DNA of 57,003 nucleotides. It comes from a virus. Position numbers and translations under genes: made by a program. Numbering within the stretch: the first letter of the stretch is position 1; each line of letters opens with the position of its first letter. Location of the stretch: IMG/VR virus record IMGVR_UViG_3300040801_002155, positions 1-57,003 of that record; one strand, given 5' to 3'. Below, piece after piece: positions 1 to 8,813 of this stretch. The notes under the pieces were generated by a model. That model had not been told where the DNA came from. It searched no databases and saw only the letters and a list, made by a program, of their open reading frames with translations.

Positions 1-117
1 ACGCCATCCTTATTAATATATGTCTGGGGGTTTGGAATGAATATTTTCTTTCCAGTTTTCTTATCGATCTTATAATAATCTCTTCGATATGGAACTCGAT
101 ATTCAGCAGATGCTCTA
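1..117. repeat. Exact 117-bp terminal direct repeat, copy 1 (identical to 56887-57003). It is the end overlap of a circularly closed or permuted assembly; unique length 56,886 bp
   Basis: The string acgccatccttattaatatatgtc...cagcagatgctcta is present at both window ends. The repeat lies inside an open reading frame and joins it in phase. Confidence 0.9.
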
Positions 118-2012
118 GAAACAATGGTTGTTGCCCCTTTTCTTGGGCCACCCTGATATTTTGCTTTAAGTTGGGCTATGCCATTATCCTTATATGATTG
201 TTGATAATTGAGACCGTGTTTTTCTGCGTCGATAACAACCATGGAATGACGAACGGCTCTTGCTATCTCATCACTAGTTGGGGATGCTCCTTTGATTGTC
301 ATATCCGTAATAAGATTTGAAATCTTTCCCATTTCTGTATCTTTATTTGCTATTGTCATTCTCTTCATTCCCGGAACGGCGGGGTATGAAATTTTTGGAT
401 CGAAATCTGCCAGGCCCTTTAATGATGGGGCTATCTCTATTTTATTAGCATTATTTGGAATAACTAATACGGTGTCACCATCAAAATCTGCTCCTGACAG
501 CTTTTGCGCCACATCGGGATGAACTCCGACAGCATCTCTTGCATTTCCTAAAAGATTTCTCATCTGTGGGTCTTTATTATTTACTTTCAATTGCGGAATT
601 TCAAATATGCCACCATGAGGATGTCGTATAAGAACCACAGTTTCGCCATTGTTATAATTCGGAGCATATATCTCTGTCGGCTTCATATTGGGTGCGGGTA
701 ATAAAACATGATTTGCTTGCCGAGGCATTGAGGCGGCTTTTAAATCGACCGCGTCTGAATCGCAAGAATCTGCAAAAGTAAGTAATAATTTTTGCTTTAT
801 CGTTGGGTTTGTTAATGACTTGTATTCGTCAAATTCTTCTTGCCTTATTTTTACGGCCGTATCTAATTGCTCTTTTGCGAATTTTGGTTTTTGTTTAGAT
901 AGCATTTGAGAGGACAAAGTATTAGACCATTCAAGCCATGAACCTTCAATATTAGACGTTGGACCAGTACCAACAACATTAAGTGCTGATATATGATCTT
1001 TACCATCTTTTCCTTTATAATGATACTGACGAATATCAGTGCCGAAAGGATTATCTGGATTATCCTCCATAACTTTAAAAACAGTATCTTTTTTTTCTCC
1101 CATTATCGGAGTTCCCTTAGGTTTATTGGTATTATAACGAATATCAACGCCATCGGGAAGATCATCGGCATACATTGCCATTCCTTTTAAATAATGTGAA
1201 CCATCAACTCCGATTCTTACTTGAGCGTATCTGGCTTCTCCCAATGAAATATCAGGAACGCCTCGTCGAAGTTCTATAACACCATCCTTATCTTTTCCAC
1301 CATCTTCTGCAAAATTTACGACAATTCGTTTACTATCGATATTATTAATTGGTTCAAGACCAAGCCAATTTCTACCACCATCATTACTCCATTCGGATAT
1401 GGTACGAATTTTATCTCGATTTGGAAAAAGCTCTGTCTTATAATCCACATCATCTTTTGTTAAAACTTTGATATATGTTTTTTTTCCACTCGGTTGGGGC
1501 GCGGTTACATATTGTAACTTATATCCATCTTTCTCTAGTTCTTTAATCGCTAAGTCTAACCGATGCCTGGTTACATTGGCATGATACTCAGACCCAGCGC
1601 CAACATCAACATAAAGCTTTTCCTCAACCTGTCTTCTTAACATATCGGCCGTTTTTTCTGTTATCAATGCTCTTTCTTGGGTGGCCGGATTTAATAAACT
1701 TTTAACTGTTCTTGGATCTACTCCCAATCTTTCTGCAATTGCGGCATCCGAATATCCTTTATCCTTTAAACGAAGCGCGAAGGAAGCATCGGCTTGTCTT
1801 TGGGCCGATTTCTCGGCGGAAAGCTCAGCGCGAAGTTGAGTTGTAGACTCAAAACCAAGACCCTTTGCAATGTTTATTTCGCTTAATCCTTTTTCTTTTA
1901 GTTCATTAACCCGATGCCTTAATGATGGCTCACTTTGATATGGGTCTTCACCGCTTCCCCAAGGATATCTTCCAGATCTTCTAGGGGTACCATAATGTTT
2001 TAATTCGGCCAT
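1..2012 (-). CDS. Single-chain two-barrel RNA polymerase (YonO / RdRP-like, with beta-type and beta-prime-type DPBB motifs), codons 1-671. The ORF runs off the left edge and continues in phase at 56886->56226 (890 codons in total)
   Basis: ATG at 2012..2010, with GAGGAG about 7 nt upstream. Hand translation shows no stop down to position 1. Codons 507-513 read GADFDGD (nt 474-494). Codons 460-470 read VLIRHPHGGIF. Codons 276-294 read KGMAMYADDLPDGVDIRYN (nt 1131-1187). The track omits it only because no stop lies inside the window. Confidence 0.75.
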   Translation of the reverse strand, partial: MAELKHYGTPRRSGRYPWGSGEDPYQSEPSLRHRVNELKEKGLSEINIAKGLGFESTTQLRAELSAEKSAQRQADASFALRLKDKGYSDAAIAERLGVDPRTVKSLLNPATQERALITEKTADMLRRQVEEKLYVDVGAGSEYHANVTRHRLDLAIKELEKDGYKLQYVTAPQPSGKKTYIKVLTKDDVDYKTELFPNRDKIRTISEWSNDGGRNWLGLEPINNIDSKRIVVNFAEDGGKDKDGVIELRRGVPDISLGEARYAQVRIGVDGSHYLKGMAMYADDLPDGVDIRYNTNKPKGTPIMGEKKDTVFKVMEDNPDNPFGTDIRQYHYKGKDGKDHISALNVVGTGPTSNIEGSWLEWSNTLSSQMLSKQKPKFAKEQLDTAVKIRQEEFDEYKSLTNPTIKQKLLLTFADSCDSDAVDLKAASMPRQANHVLLPAPNMKPTEIYAPNYNNGETVVLIRHPHGGIFEIPQLKVNNKDPQMRNLLGNARDAVGVHPDVAQKLSGADFDGDTVLVIPNNANKIEIAPSLKGLADFDPKISYPAVPGMKRMTIANKDTEMGKISNLITDMTIKGASPTSDEIARAVRHSMVVIDAEKHGLNYQQSYKDNGIAQLKAKYQGGPRKGATTIVSRASAEYRVPYRRDYYKIDKKTGKKIFIPNPQTYINKDG

Positions 2013-2015
2013 AAT

Positions 2016-2570
2016 TTACTCCTCTTGACTTAATCTTTGGATTCTCTCGTCGAAATCTTTTATTTTTTGCATTATGTAAAGTATGTCTTCTGGTACTGGA
2101 ATATGAATTAAAACCTCATCTAACTGGTATATTCTAAGTTCCATTTCAATCTCATTAGGACTATAATTATACTCTAAACAAAATAAGGCGGCATAAATTT
2201 CAAGCTGGGTTAAAGAAACTCTGGATTTTCCTGTTTTCAAATCATGAATTCTTAATATGTTGTCTCGAAAACATATGGCATCGGCGGTTCCAAAACAATT
2301 TGGAGAGTAATATAAAACGACTTCCGTTTCCATCTTAAAGCCAATACCATCGTTGACATATAAATTAAATGTTTTAGGAGATCTCGGTAATTTTTGTCTA
2401 AGGTCTATTAATTCAGCGGCCAATTCATGAAATCTAGTTCCTCTTTCGGCTGCTTTCCAATTTAAATATACTTCTTCTAATTTTAAGTCATCATAATTTA
2501 CCCAATGATATTTAGAAGCGGAAAGAAATGCATGAGAACCACTAAGACTTGAATGATTGTTCCAATTCAT
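2016..2570 (-). CDS. PD-(D/E)XK nuclease (DUF2800 / Cas4-like phage exonuclease)
   Basis: MNWNNHSSLSGSHAFLSASKYHW N-terminus; GTADAICF...IHDLKTGK fits D...(D/E)xK. I start at internal Met34 of the tracked ORF 2016..2669 because the longer form overlaps the upstream gene by 128 nt. Confidence 0.55.
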   Translation of the reverse strand: MNWNNHSSLSGSHAFLSASKYHWVNYDDLKLEEVYLNWKAAERGTRFHELAAELIDLRQKLPRSPKTFNLYVNDGIGFKMETEVVLYYSPNCFGTADAICFRDNILRIHDLKTGKSRVSLTQLEIYAALFCLEYNYSPNEIEMELRIYQLDEVLIHIPVPEDILYIMQKIKDFDERIQRLSQEE

Positions 2571-2868
2571 TGAGTATCTTCTCCTTATTCTCGGGATATA
2601 TAAATGCAGCATAAGACATTTTGTTAAATTTCTTAACATAATATTCCTGATTCGGTTGTCTTTCTGCATCTTTACTAACTTTGACTTCTAGCATTGCATA
2701 TTTATTATTATAGAATATAGATAGATCGCAAATTCCTTGAATATAAGACGCATCGTTTCTTAATACTTCGCATCCTGGGAATCTTTTTTTGAGATCATCT
2801 ATTACTTCTTTTTGAAACTTGCTTTCTTTCATTACTTTGCCTCGATTTTCATGGTGATTTCCTTTCAA
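2542..2868 (-). CDS. VRR-NUC-type nuclease (Holliday-junction / branch nuclease)
   Basis: GICDLSIF...AMLEVKVS is a PD-(D/E)XK core in a ~100-aa protein that follows an SNF2 helicase, a common phage pairing. Confidence 0.6.
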   Translation of the reverse strand: MKGNHHENRGKVMKESKFQKEVIDDLKKRFPGCEVLRNDASYIQGICDLSIFYNNKYAMLEVKVSKDAERQPNQEYYVKKFNKMSYAAFIYPENKEKILNELEQSFKS

Positions 2869-2908
2869 AAAAAATAAAATATGTAACTTAAGAGGTTACT
2901 TACTCTAT

Positions 2909-2933
2909 CCTTCATTATAGGCTATGTTTTTTT
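2909..2933 (-). promoter_or_regulatory. Weak variant of the conserved TATAATGAA promoter-like element, upstream of the VRR-NUC gene
   Basis: Minus strand reads AAAAAAACATAGCCTATAATGAAGG. It resembles the consensus ACAATAAAAACAAnnnnTATAATGAAACC. Confidence 0.3.
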
Positions 2934-2937
2934 AGTA

Positions 2938-4128
2938 TTAAAGACTTGTAAATCGATTTTCATTAAATTTTCTTTTTTGTCTAAGAGCTTTTCCAATAGC
3001 CTGGTCAATTTCGGAATTACTTGTAAGGGTGTAATAATATAAATCTACAAAAGGAGTATTTAATCGGTCAATTCTACCAGCTGCTTGAATCATTATTCTA
3101 TAAGAATAATTTTGTGAAAAGAAAACAACGGTATCAGTTTCAATACAGTTCCATCCTTCCGATCCAGCAATATATTGAACCAAATATAACCAACTATCTG
3201 TATTTGGAATCGGTTCATGCTTATGGCCATTCCATTCCGAATATGATATTCCATTTTTCTTTGCAAATTTTCTTAGAGCGCTAAGTTCATAATTAAAATT
3301 ATAGAATAAAACGATTTTGTTATGCTCTTCGAATATTTCTTTTAGTTTTACCAATCGATCAGGATCTGAATTTGATACTCTTCGTAAAAGATAACATAGT
3401 TTTGAAATGTCTCTTATTGGAGCATTATCATAAATATCCCAACGATCATACATCACTCTTCTTTGTTTTTCTTTATCAAAATTACAGACTATTCTTTTTT
3501 CATGAGAAATGGTTTTTCGAGTGAAATGCATATCTACAGTTATTTGATTTTTTAATTCTATTAATTTTGTTATTTGCAAATATCTTTCAACTTTTGGAAA
3601 TTTTGTAAATCGACTATATACTACGTGTCTTCTTATAAATTCTGTTCTATTTTTATAAAACCCATTTGCAATGAAGACGGGGATTAAATCCATCCACGTA
3701 TCAGCGGGAGTCGCAGTCAGTAATATCCATTGATTATTCTTTGCTATGTTAATGAATGACTTAACCCAAACTCCACTTCCAATTACTCGCTGTTCATCAA
3801 ATATAAAGAAGGCATCTTTAATGGATGTATAATTTTTAATTCTATTCCAACTATCTACCTTTTTTATTATTAATGGTATATTCGCTGCTTCCTTGACCCA
3901 ATCCAAAGTATCTCTTTTTCTAGCAGTTGTTATTACATATAAATCTTTTTTTAGACGCATAGGGGAATAAGTATCGTCGCCTTTTTGTAAAGTAATTCCT
4001 CCACAAATTTTTTCATAAAAATATACCAGCGACGTTAATGTTTTACCCGAGCCAACTCCGCCAACTAGAATTGACCCGGGTTTTAATTTCTCTATGGCCT
4101 TTTTTTGATGGTCATAGAGGGATATCAT
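2938..4128 (-). CDS. SNF2/DEAD-like superfamily-2 helicase
   Basis: Motif I GGVGSGKT, motif II FIFDEQ, motif VI QAAGRIDR. Start moved to ATG 4128 (MISLYDHQ), which has an AGAGGA RBS and lies just past the upstream stop. Confidence 0.75.
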   Translation of the reverse strand: MISLYDHQKKAIEKLKPGSILVGGVGSGKTLTSLVYFYEKICGGITLQKGDDTYSPMRLKKDLYVITTARKRDTLDWVKEAANIPLIIKKVDSWNRIKNYTSIKDAFFIFDEQRVIGSGVWVKSFINIAKNNQWILLTATPADTWMDLIPVFIANGFYKNRTEFIRRHVVYSRFTKFPKVERYLQITKLIELKNQITVDMHFTRKTISHEKRIVCNFDKEKQRRVMYDRWDIYDNAPIRDISKLCYLLRRVSNSDPDRLVKLKEIFEEHNKIVLFYNFNYELSALRKFAKKNGISYSEWNGHKHEPIPNTDSWLYLVQYIAGSEGWNCIETDTVVFFSQNYSYRIMIQAAGRIDRLNTPFVDLYYYTLTSNSEIDQAIGKALRQKRKFNENRFTSL

Positions 4129-4130
4129 GG

Positions 4131-4679
4131 TTAATCCTCTATCCTTTGACAAGTTCCATCAATGAGCTCATAACCAGGCTCACATAAAATATTCTGAGCA
4201 GAATCAGGGGCGTTTTCAAAATCATACTTTGATTCCCATGGATCCGGCTGAATTGTTACATACATGGTTTTCAAATATGCCTTGACCCCTGTCTTTCCTC
4301 GAACATTCCAGTTATAAGGATTGAGAGTTAAATCAACCCGCAAAATATCAGCCCAATCTAAAATGTTAATATTAGCTGCGGTCATAAGCGAGGTAGTCTT
4401 ATTTGGATTTACCAAAACGATTTTCGGAGGATAAGGATCAAAACTAACCGCTACACTCAAATATGGCTGCTTTTCATCATCCTCATTTTTTGGATCCAGC
4501 CACTTAACATTCCATCCCTCTTCCTCCAACTCTAAAGCCTGTTCCACATTATCAAGAAATACAACAAAATTTCTATTGCCTTCGGGATTAAATTGACCGC
4601 CTTTTCCAGCAAAATTTCGAAATCCAATTCTTGCATCTGCGATGTTTATATTATTAGTTACTCGTTTTTCTTGTGTCAT
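4131..4679 (-). CDS. Putative ssDNA-binding protein (DUF2815 / gp2.5-like). The call is positional
   Basis: 182 aa, between the polymerase and the SNF2 helicase, in a module that also has DUF2800-like and VRR-NUC genes. No diagnostic motif recognised. Confidence 0.35.
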   Translation of the reverse strand: MTQEKRVTNNINIADARIGFRNFAGKGGQFNPEGNRNFVVFLDNVEQALELEEEGWNVKWLDPKNEDDEKQPYLSVAVSFDPYPPKIVLVNPNKTTSLMTAANINILDWADILRVDLTLNPYNWNVRGKTGVKAYLKTMYVTIQPDPWESKYDFENAPDSAQNILCEPGYELIDGTCQRIED

Positions 4680-4690
4680 AATTGTCTCCT

Positions 4691-7600
4691 TTATGAAATA
4701 TCATCTGCGGCGAATGATTCAAAATCGCCAAATTTATTAATTGTTTCTATTGCTTTATCAATCAAAGTATTAAAATATTCGAAATCTATGTTGGCTTTAT
4801 AATCAAGATCTCGAACAATTTCTGCTTCTTGCCACCGATAACCTTTTGTTCCGGTAATGGCATAATATTTATCATTTTTGACTCGATATAATATGCCTCC
4901 ACCAAGACCAGGTTTAATTGGACAGAATTCTCCTGCCCTACCAACAAATTTAAGATTATGTTCTCCTTCCGGAAGATCTTCATCAAAATCTAAATATATC
5001 TTTGAATCTCCAGTTACGGTTCGCACTTCACATAAATCACTAAATTCGATAGGCTCTTTAGTAAATAGCTTTTTGAAAATATAGGGATGCTGAAATTGTG
5101 CTCCGGTTGCAGTCCATTTACCAACGTCATCTTTATGTTGAGAATATGAATATTTAGCAATGTAAACAGCATCATTAACCAAACAAAACTTTTCATACGT
5201 GGCCTCATGTTCAAATTCATAATCATACTTTTTAGCAAATTCTTTACAAAAATCAATTATTTCTTGATCAGCATTTGGTATTTTTATTGAATCTGTCTTA
5301 ATATGAGCAACAGTATATCCTCTTTTTTGAACTTCATCCTGCAGTGTTCTCATAAATAATGCACCACGTAAAGCAACAATATTATTCACATTCTTTGGGT
5401 GTTTCATTACATTTGAAAATCTAGCGGAAGTTAATCCATAAGTAGAATTTAATGCAATCTTTAAGGCATATGACAAGTCTTCCATAATACTTTCATCCTT
5501 CAAATATGGGGCAAGCTTGCCATCAAACATCTCGGATGCTGCTTTTTTGTCTCCTCTTTTAATCGCAACGCGAGCATCTTTAATCTGTTCATAATTTTTC
5601 GTGTATTTGCCAAAATAGTTCATATTAATTAAGGAGGTCGGATGCATAGATGCAATATCAATAAGAGCAACATTTGCATACATGCCTGGCTCGGAATATA
5701 CATAGCCGCCAAATCCAACATCATCTCCTCGATACATATTATGAAACTTCTTTCCATCAATTTGTTTCCACTCATAGCCAGGAAATGTTTCGCTTAAATC
5801 TGTATAAACTAATTGCGGATCTTTATCATTTCCAAATATAAGTCTTGTTACAAGTTGATTGGTAGAATTATTAGGAGTCATGCCAGTTAATTCGGCCAAA
5901 ATTCGTCGAGCCGCCCAATCTGCCTTCCTGTCATTAAAAGTTGCTTCTGTAATTGTAACATCATTTACACAATACTCTGCGGCTAAATCCCATTTATCCT
6001 CTGGGACAGGTTCATCCCAAGGGAATGCGAATTCATTATGATGTAATCCAAGCTCAATCCCGAATTTCTTAAGGCTTTGTTTTTTATTTGAAAAGTCATA
6101 AACATCGGTATAGGAAAGATTATACGCTTCCCTAAATAAATAATTATTTCCGGCTTTAGAAACTATGTTTTGACTAAGCTGGTATAATTGATCATTACTA
6201 TATCCAATATAACGAGCATATAAAATATGATTATCATATCTTCGATTATTAAATCCGATAAGTTTGAATTTAAGTAGGTCCTCAATCTCTATTGGTGTTG
6301 GGTTAATGAGTTTTACTGGCTGATACTTATCGCCCGCTAGCTTATATACCACAATAAATAAATTAGGAAATACTTCAACATCAAAGAAGACATGATCTTT
6401 TATTTCATAGTCTGTATATGGAATGCTTTCTCTTTCTGAAGCAAATTTCATCTGCGGGATAAGAGATACACAATAATCAGATTGATTAGTTGAATTCATT
6501 GCGAATGTTAAAACTTGGCCGCGCATATCACTTACATCATAAATCAAATCCGACTCATACGCATCATCTAAAATCTTTTTAATAAAATCTATACTTGGCT
6601 TTGTGGCCGAATGATACTCTTTGTTTAAGTTATTAACGATTAATCTACGTAATGCCGTTTCGGTTTTAACGGTTTGACTATTTATCATACTTATTCCTCC
6701 TTTCTTAAGAGGCAGGCCGGATGAAATATGCCTAATTGGAAGATCATTACATAAACTTAATTGTCTTCTTAAACTACTATTACCAACGGAAACTTTAATC
6801 TCTATCCCATCAGAATATATGCGACTAAGGGTTTTTGCATCTCCATCATAAATATAATGTAAATGAATTCCCGCACCGCTTTTACTAAATTCGGCATAAG
6901 TTGGTGGCCATGTGGATGCTTCTTTTAAATTTCTATCTCTATCTTTTTCTCCTTTCTCATTTTTTAAATCAAAGTCTATTACAATGTGATTTTCATCAAG
7001 CTGAACATAATGAAGTTTAGCTGTATCCAAATCGGAAAGTTTTGTTTTGCAATTTTTCCATTTAAGATATGGAGTACCATTATCATTTGCGTACTGGGCG
7101 GGTCTATCTGCACATTCCTCGTCAAATATGGAGTCTGTCTGATCTAAAACAAGCTCCCACTCGGTGTCTTCTGGCTCAGAATAAATAACTGCCCTATTGG
7201 TATCAATTGACTCTGGTTTGAAATTCCAATATACAGACCTTCTTGCTTTACCGTCAATCCTTTTTTGATCTGCATAATCTCTAAAATATGCCTTTAGTTC
7301 TTCTCTAAAAGTATGCCTTGGTAAAATATAACCATTACCATTTTCCTCACAAAACTCTTTATACATTTTATAGACTTGACTTAATTGCACATACTCGATT
7401 TCTTGAAGAAAGTAAAAATAATTTTCTTCTACAAAGTTAAATACGATGTTAGTTTGGAACATCATTTCTTTTGGACGATATGAATCGTAATGCTTCTTAC
7501 CAAGATTCTTATAAATATCAATACATTTATAAGCTATCGCTCCAAGCTCGAATTCTATCTCATCCATAATATGATCATACTCTTTTGGGGATAGGTGCCT

Positions 7601-8518
7601 TCCACTTGGCTTAACGTCGATAAGCCTTCTAGTTATGCCGGATTTACTATCAGTAATTTTGACTGGCTGGTTTGTCCCCATATATAAAAAGCAATTGATA
7701 GGCATGGAATATTGGGACTTATGTTTCTCATTAATTACAACCTCTTCGTGAGATATGATTGAATTCAAAGTACTGTTATCTAAGATTTTACTTAAATCGC
7801 CATCGTGTTGAATTGCGACTAATGGATTATTCTTAAATACTTCTGTACCAAATATGTTATTATTTCCAACCAATGCCTTTGCATTAAAAGCTATGTAATA
7901 TCCCTCTACTAATTTCTGAAGAATATTTAAAAATGTGGATTTACCACTTCCGGCCTCACCATATAAAACAATAAATTTTTGAATCTTCTTACTGTCACCA
8001 GTTAATACTGCTCCAATTGACCATTCTAATTTTTGTCTTTCTTCTTCATCATACAGTACGGACATTAAACGATCATATGCTTTGACCTTACCTTCTTCTA
8101 AATTGTATGGGAGATTATGTGTTGAATAACTGGATTTTGTTATGTTATCATTTGCGAATAGAATTTTATTATCAATTGGATAGTAATTATCTGGCATACT
8201 TCTAATAAACTTAATCCATTGATTCCAAGCGCCGGTTGAATAACTGGATAATGTCTTTACATTTACATGCGTCTCCTCTCCCAAATATTTATCTTTATAC
8301 CTAAATAATTCCTGGTCAACTAATCGAACTACTTCCATCTCATCCGTTAACCAAGACTTTTGTTCTTCATCCCATATTGCGTAAAAGGATCGACCGCGAA
8401 CCATAAGGTCCTTACTCTTACATACCTTAAAATCTGGATATATCTCTACCATTCCAGCGGGTCTGTTCTTACTTTTATTTATTGCTCGCTTTTCTATGAT
8501 TTCTAAGAAATCCATCAA
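4691..8518 (-). CDS. Fused replicase: SF3 (D5/P4-like) helicase + AEP-like primase domain + family-B DNA polymerase with 3'-5' exonuclease
   Basis: Walker A GEAGSGKS (aa 187-194) and SGITRRLIDV. VIDFD...SKSGAGIHLHY (aa 512-555). Exo I FFDVEV (711), Exo II GFNNRRYDNHIL, Exo III YCVNDV (849). PolB motif A DIASMHPTS (953), motif B KIALNSTYG (1020), motif C HIKTDS (1072). Confidence 0.85.
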   Translation of the reverse strand: MMDFLEIIEKRAINKSKNRPAGMVEIYPDFKVCKSKDLMVRGRSFYAIWDEEQKSWLTDEMEVVRLVDQELFRYKDKYLGEETHVNVKTLSSYSTGAWNQWIKFIRSMPDNYYPIDNKILFANDNITKSSYSTHNLPYNLEEGKVKAYDRLMSVLYDEEERQKLEWSIGAVLTGDSKKIQKFIVLYGEAGSGKSTFLNILQKLVEGYYIAFNAKALVGNNNIFGTEVFKNNPLVAIQHDGDLSKILDNSTLNSIISHEEVVINEKHKSQYSMPINCFLYMGTNQPVKITDSKSGITRRLIDVKPSGRHLSPKEYDHIMDEIEFELGAIAYKCIDIYKNLGKKHYDSYRPKEMMFQTNIVFNFVEENYFYFLQEIEYVQLSQVYKMYKEFCEENGNGYILPRHTFREELKAYFRDYADQKRIDGKARRSVYWNFKPESIDTNRAVIYSEPEDTEWELVLDQTDSIFDEECADRPAQYANDNGTPYLKWKNCKTKLSDLDTAKLHYVQLDENHIVIDFDLKNEKGEKDRDRNLKEASTWPPTYAEFSKSGAGIHLHYIYDGDAKTLSRIYSDGIEIKVSVGNSSLRRQLSLCNDLPIRHISSGLPLKKGGISMINSQTVKTETALRRLIVNNLNKEYHSATKPSIDFIKKILDDAYESDLIYDVSDMRGQVLTFAMNSTNQSDYCVSLIPQMKFASERESIPYTDYEIKDHVFFDVEVFPNLFIVVYKLAGDKYQPVKLINPTPIEIEDLLKFKLIGFNNRRYDNHILYARYIGYSNDQLYQLSQNIVSKAGNNYLFREAYNLSYTDVYDFSNKKQSLKKFGIELGLHHNEFAFPWDEPVPEDKWDLAAEYCVNDVTITEATFNDRKADWAARRILAELTGMTPNNSTNQLVTRLIFGNDKDPQLVYTDLSETFPGYEWKQIDGKKFHNMYRGDDVGFGGYVYSEPGMYANVALIDIASMHPTSLINMNYFGKYTKNYEQIKDARVAIKRGDKKAASEMFDGKLAPYLKDESIMEDLSYALKIALNSTYGLTSARFSNVMKHPKNVNNIVALRGALFMRTLQDEVQKRGYTVAHIKTDSIKIPNADQEIIDFCKEFAKKYDYEFEHEATYEKFCLVNDAVYIAKYSYSQHKDDVGKWTATGAQFQHPYIFKKLFTKEPIEFSDLCEVRTVTGDSKIYLDFDEDLPEGEHNLKFVGRAGEFCPIKPGLGGGILYRVKNDKYYAITGTKGYRWQEAEIVRDLDYKANIDFEYFNTLIDKAIETINKFGDFESFAADDIS

Positions 8519-8553
8519 TATAAGGACCTCCTTTCTTTATGTTTTTTGTCTAG

Positions 8554-8803
8554 TGTCACAAAATCCCACTTTTTTTGCCAACTTTCCCTATATATTTTTT
8601 TTTATTATAAAAAAAATTTTGTAGCGTAAACTGATTTTTGGGTGCAAAACTGTGACATTTTACCCAAAATAGGGCTTTTTTATCAAATTTACCCGTAAAA
8701 ATACCCTTTTTGCTGTCACACTTTTGTCACACTTTTGTCACATTTTTGCATTTGTCACACTTTTTTGTGACACTTTTTCAAAACTGTGACACTTTTTGTG
8801 ACA
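8554..8803. repeat. Cluster of nine TGT(C/G)ACA repeats; candidate replication origin or operator array
   Basis: TGTCACA at 8554, 8714, 8725, 8736 and 8753. TGTGACA at 8651, 8766, 8785 and 8797. Most are followed by C and a T-run, and several are 11-13 nt apart. A 32-nt A/T-only tract lies at 8589-8620. The whole 296-nt gap has no ORF. Confidence 0.6.
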
Positions 8804-8813
8804 CTTTTAACGA

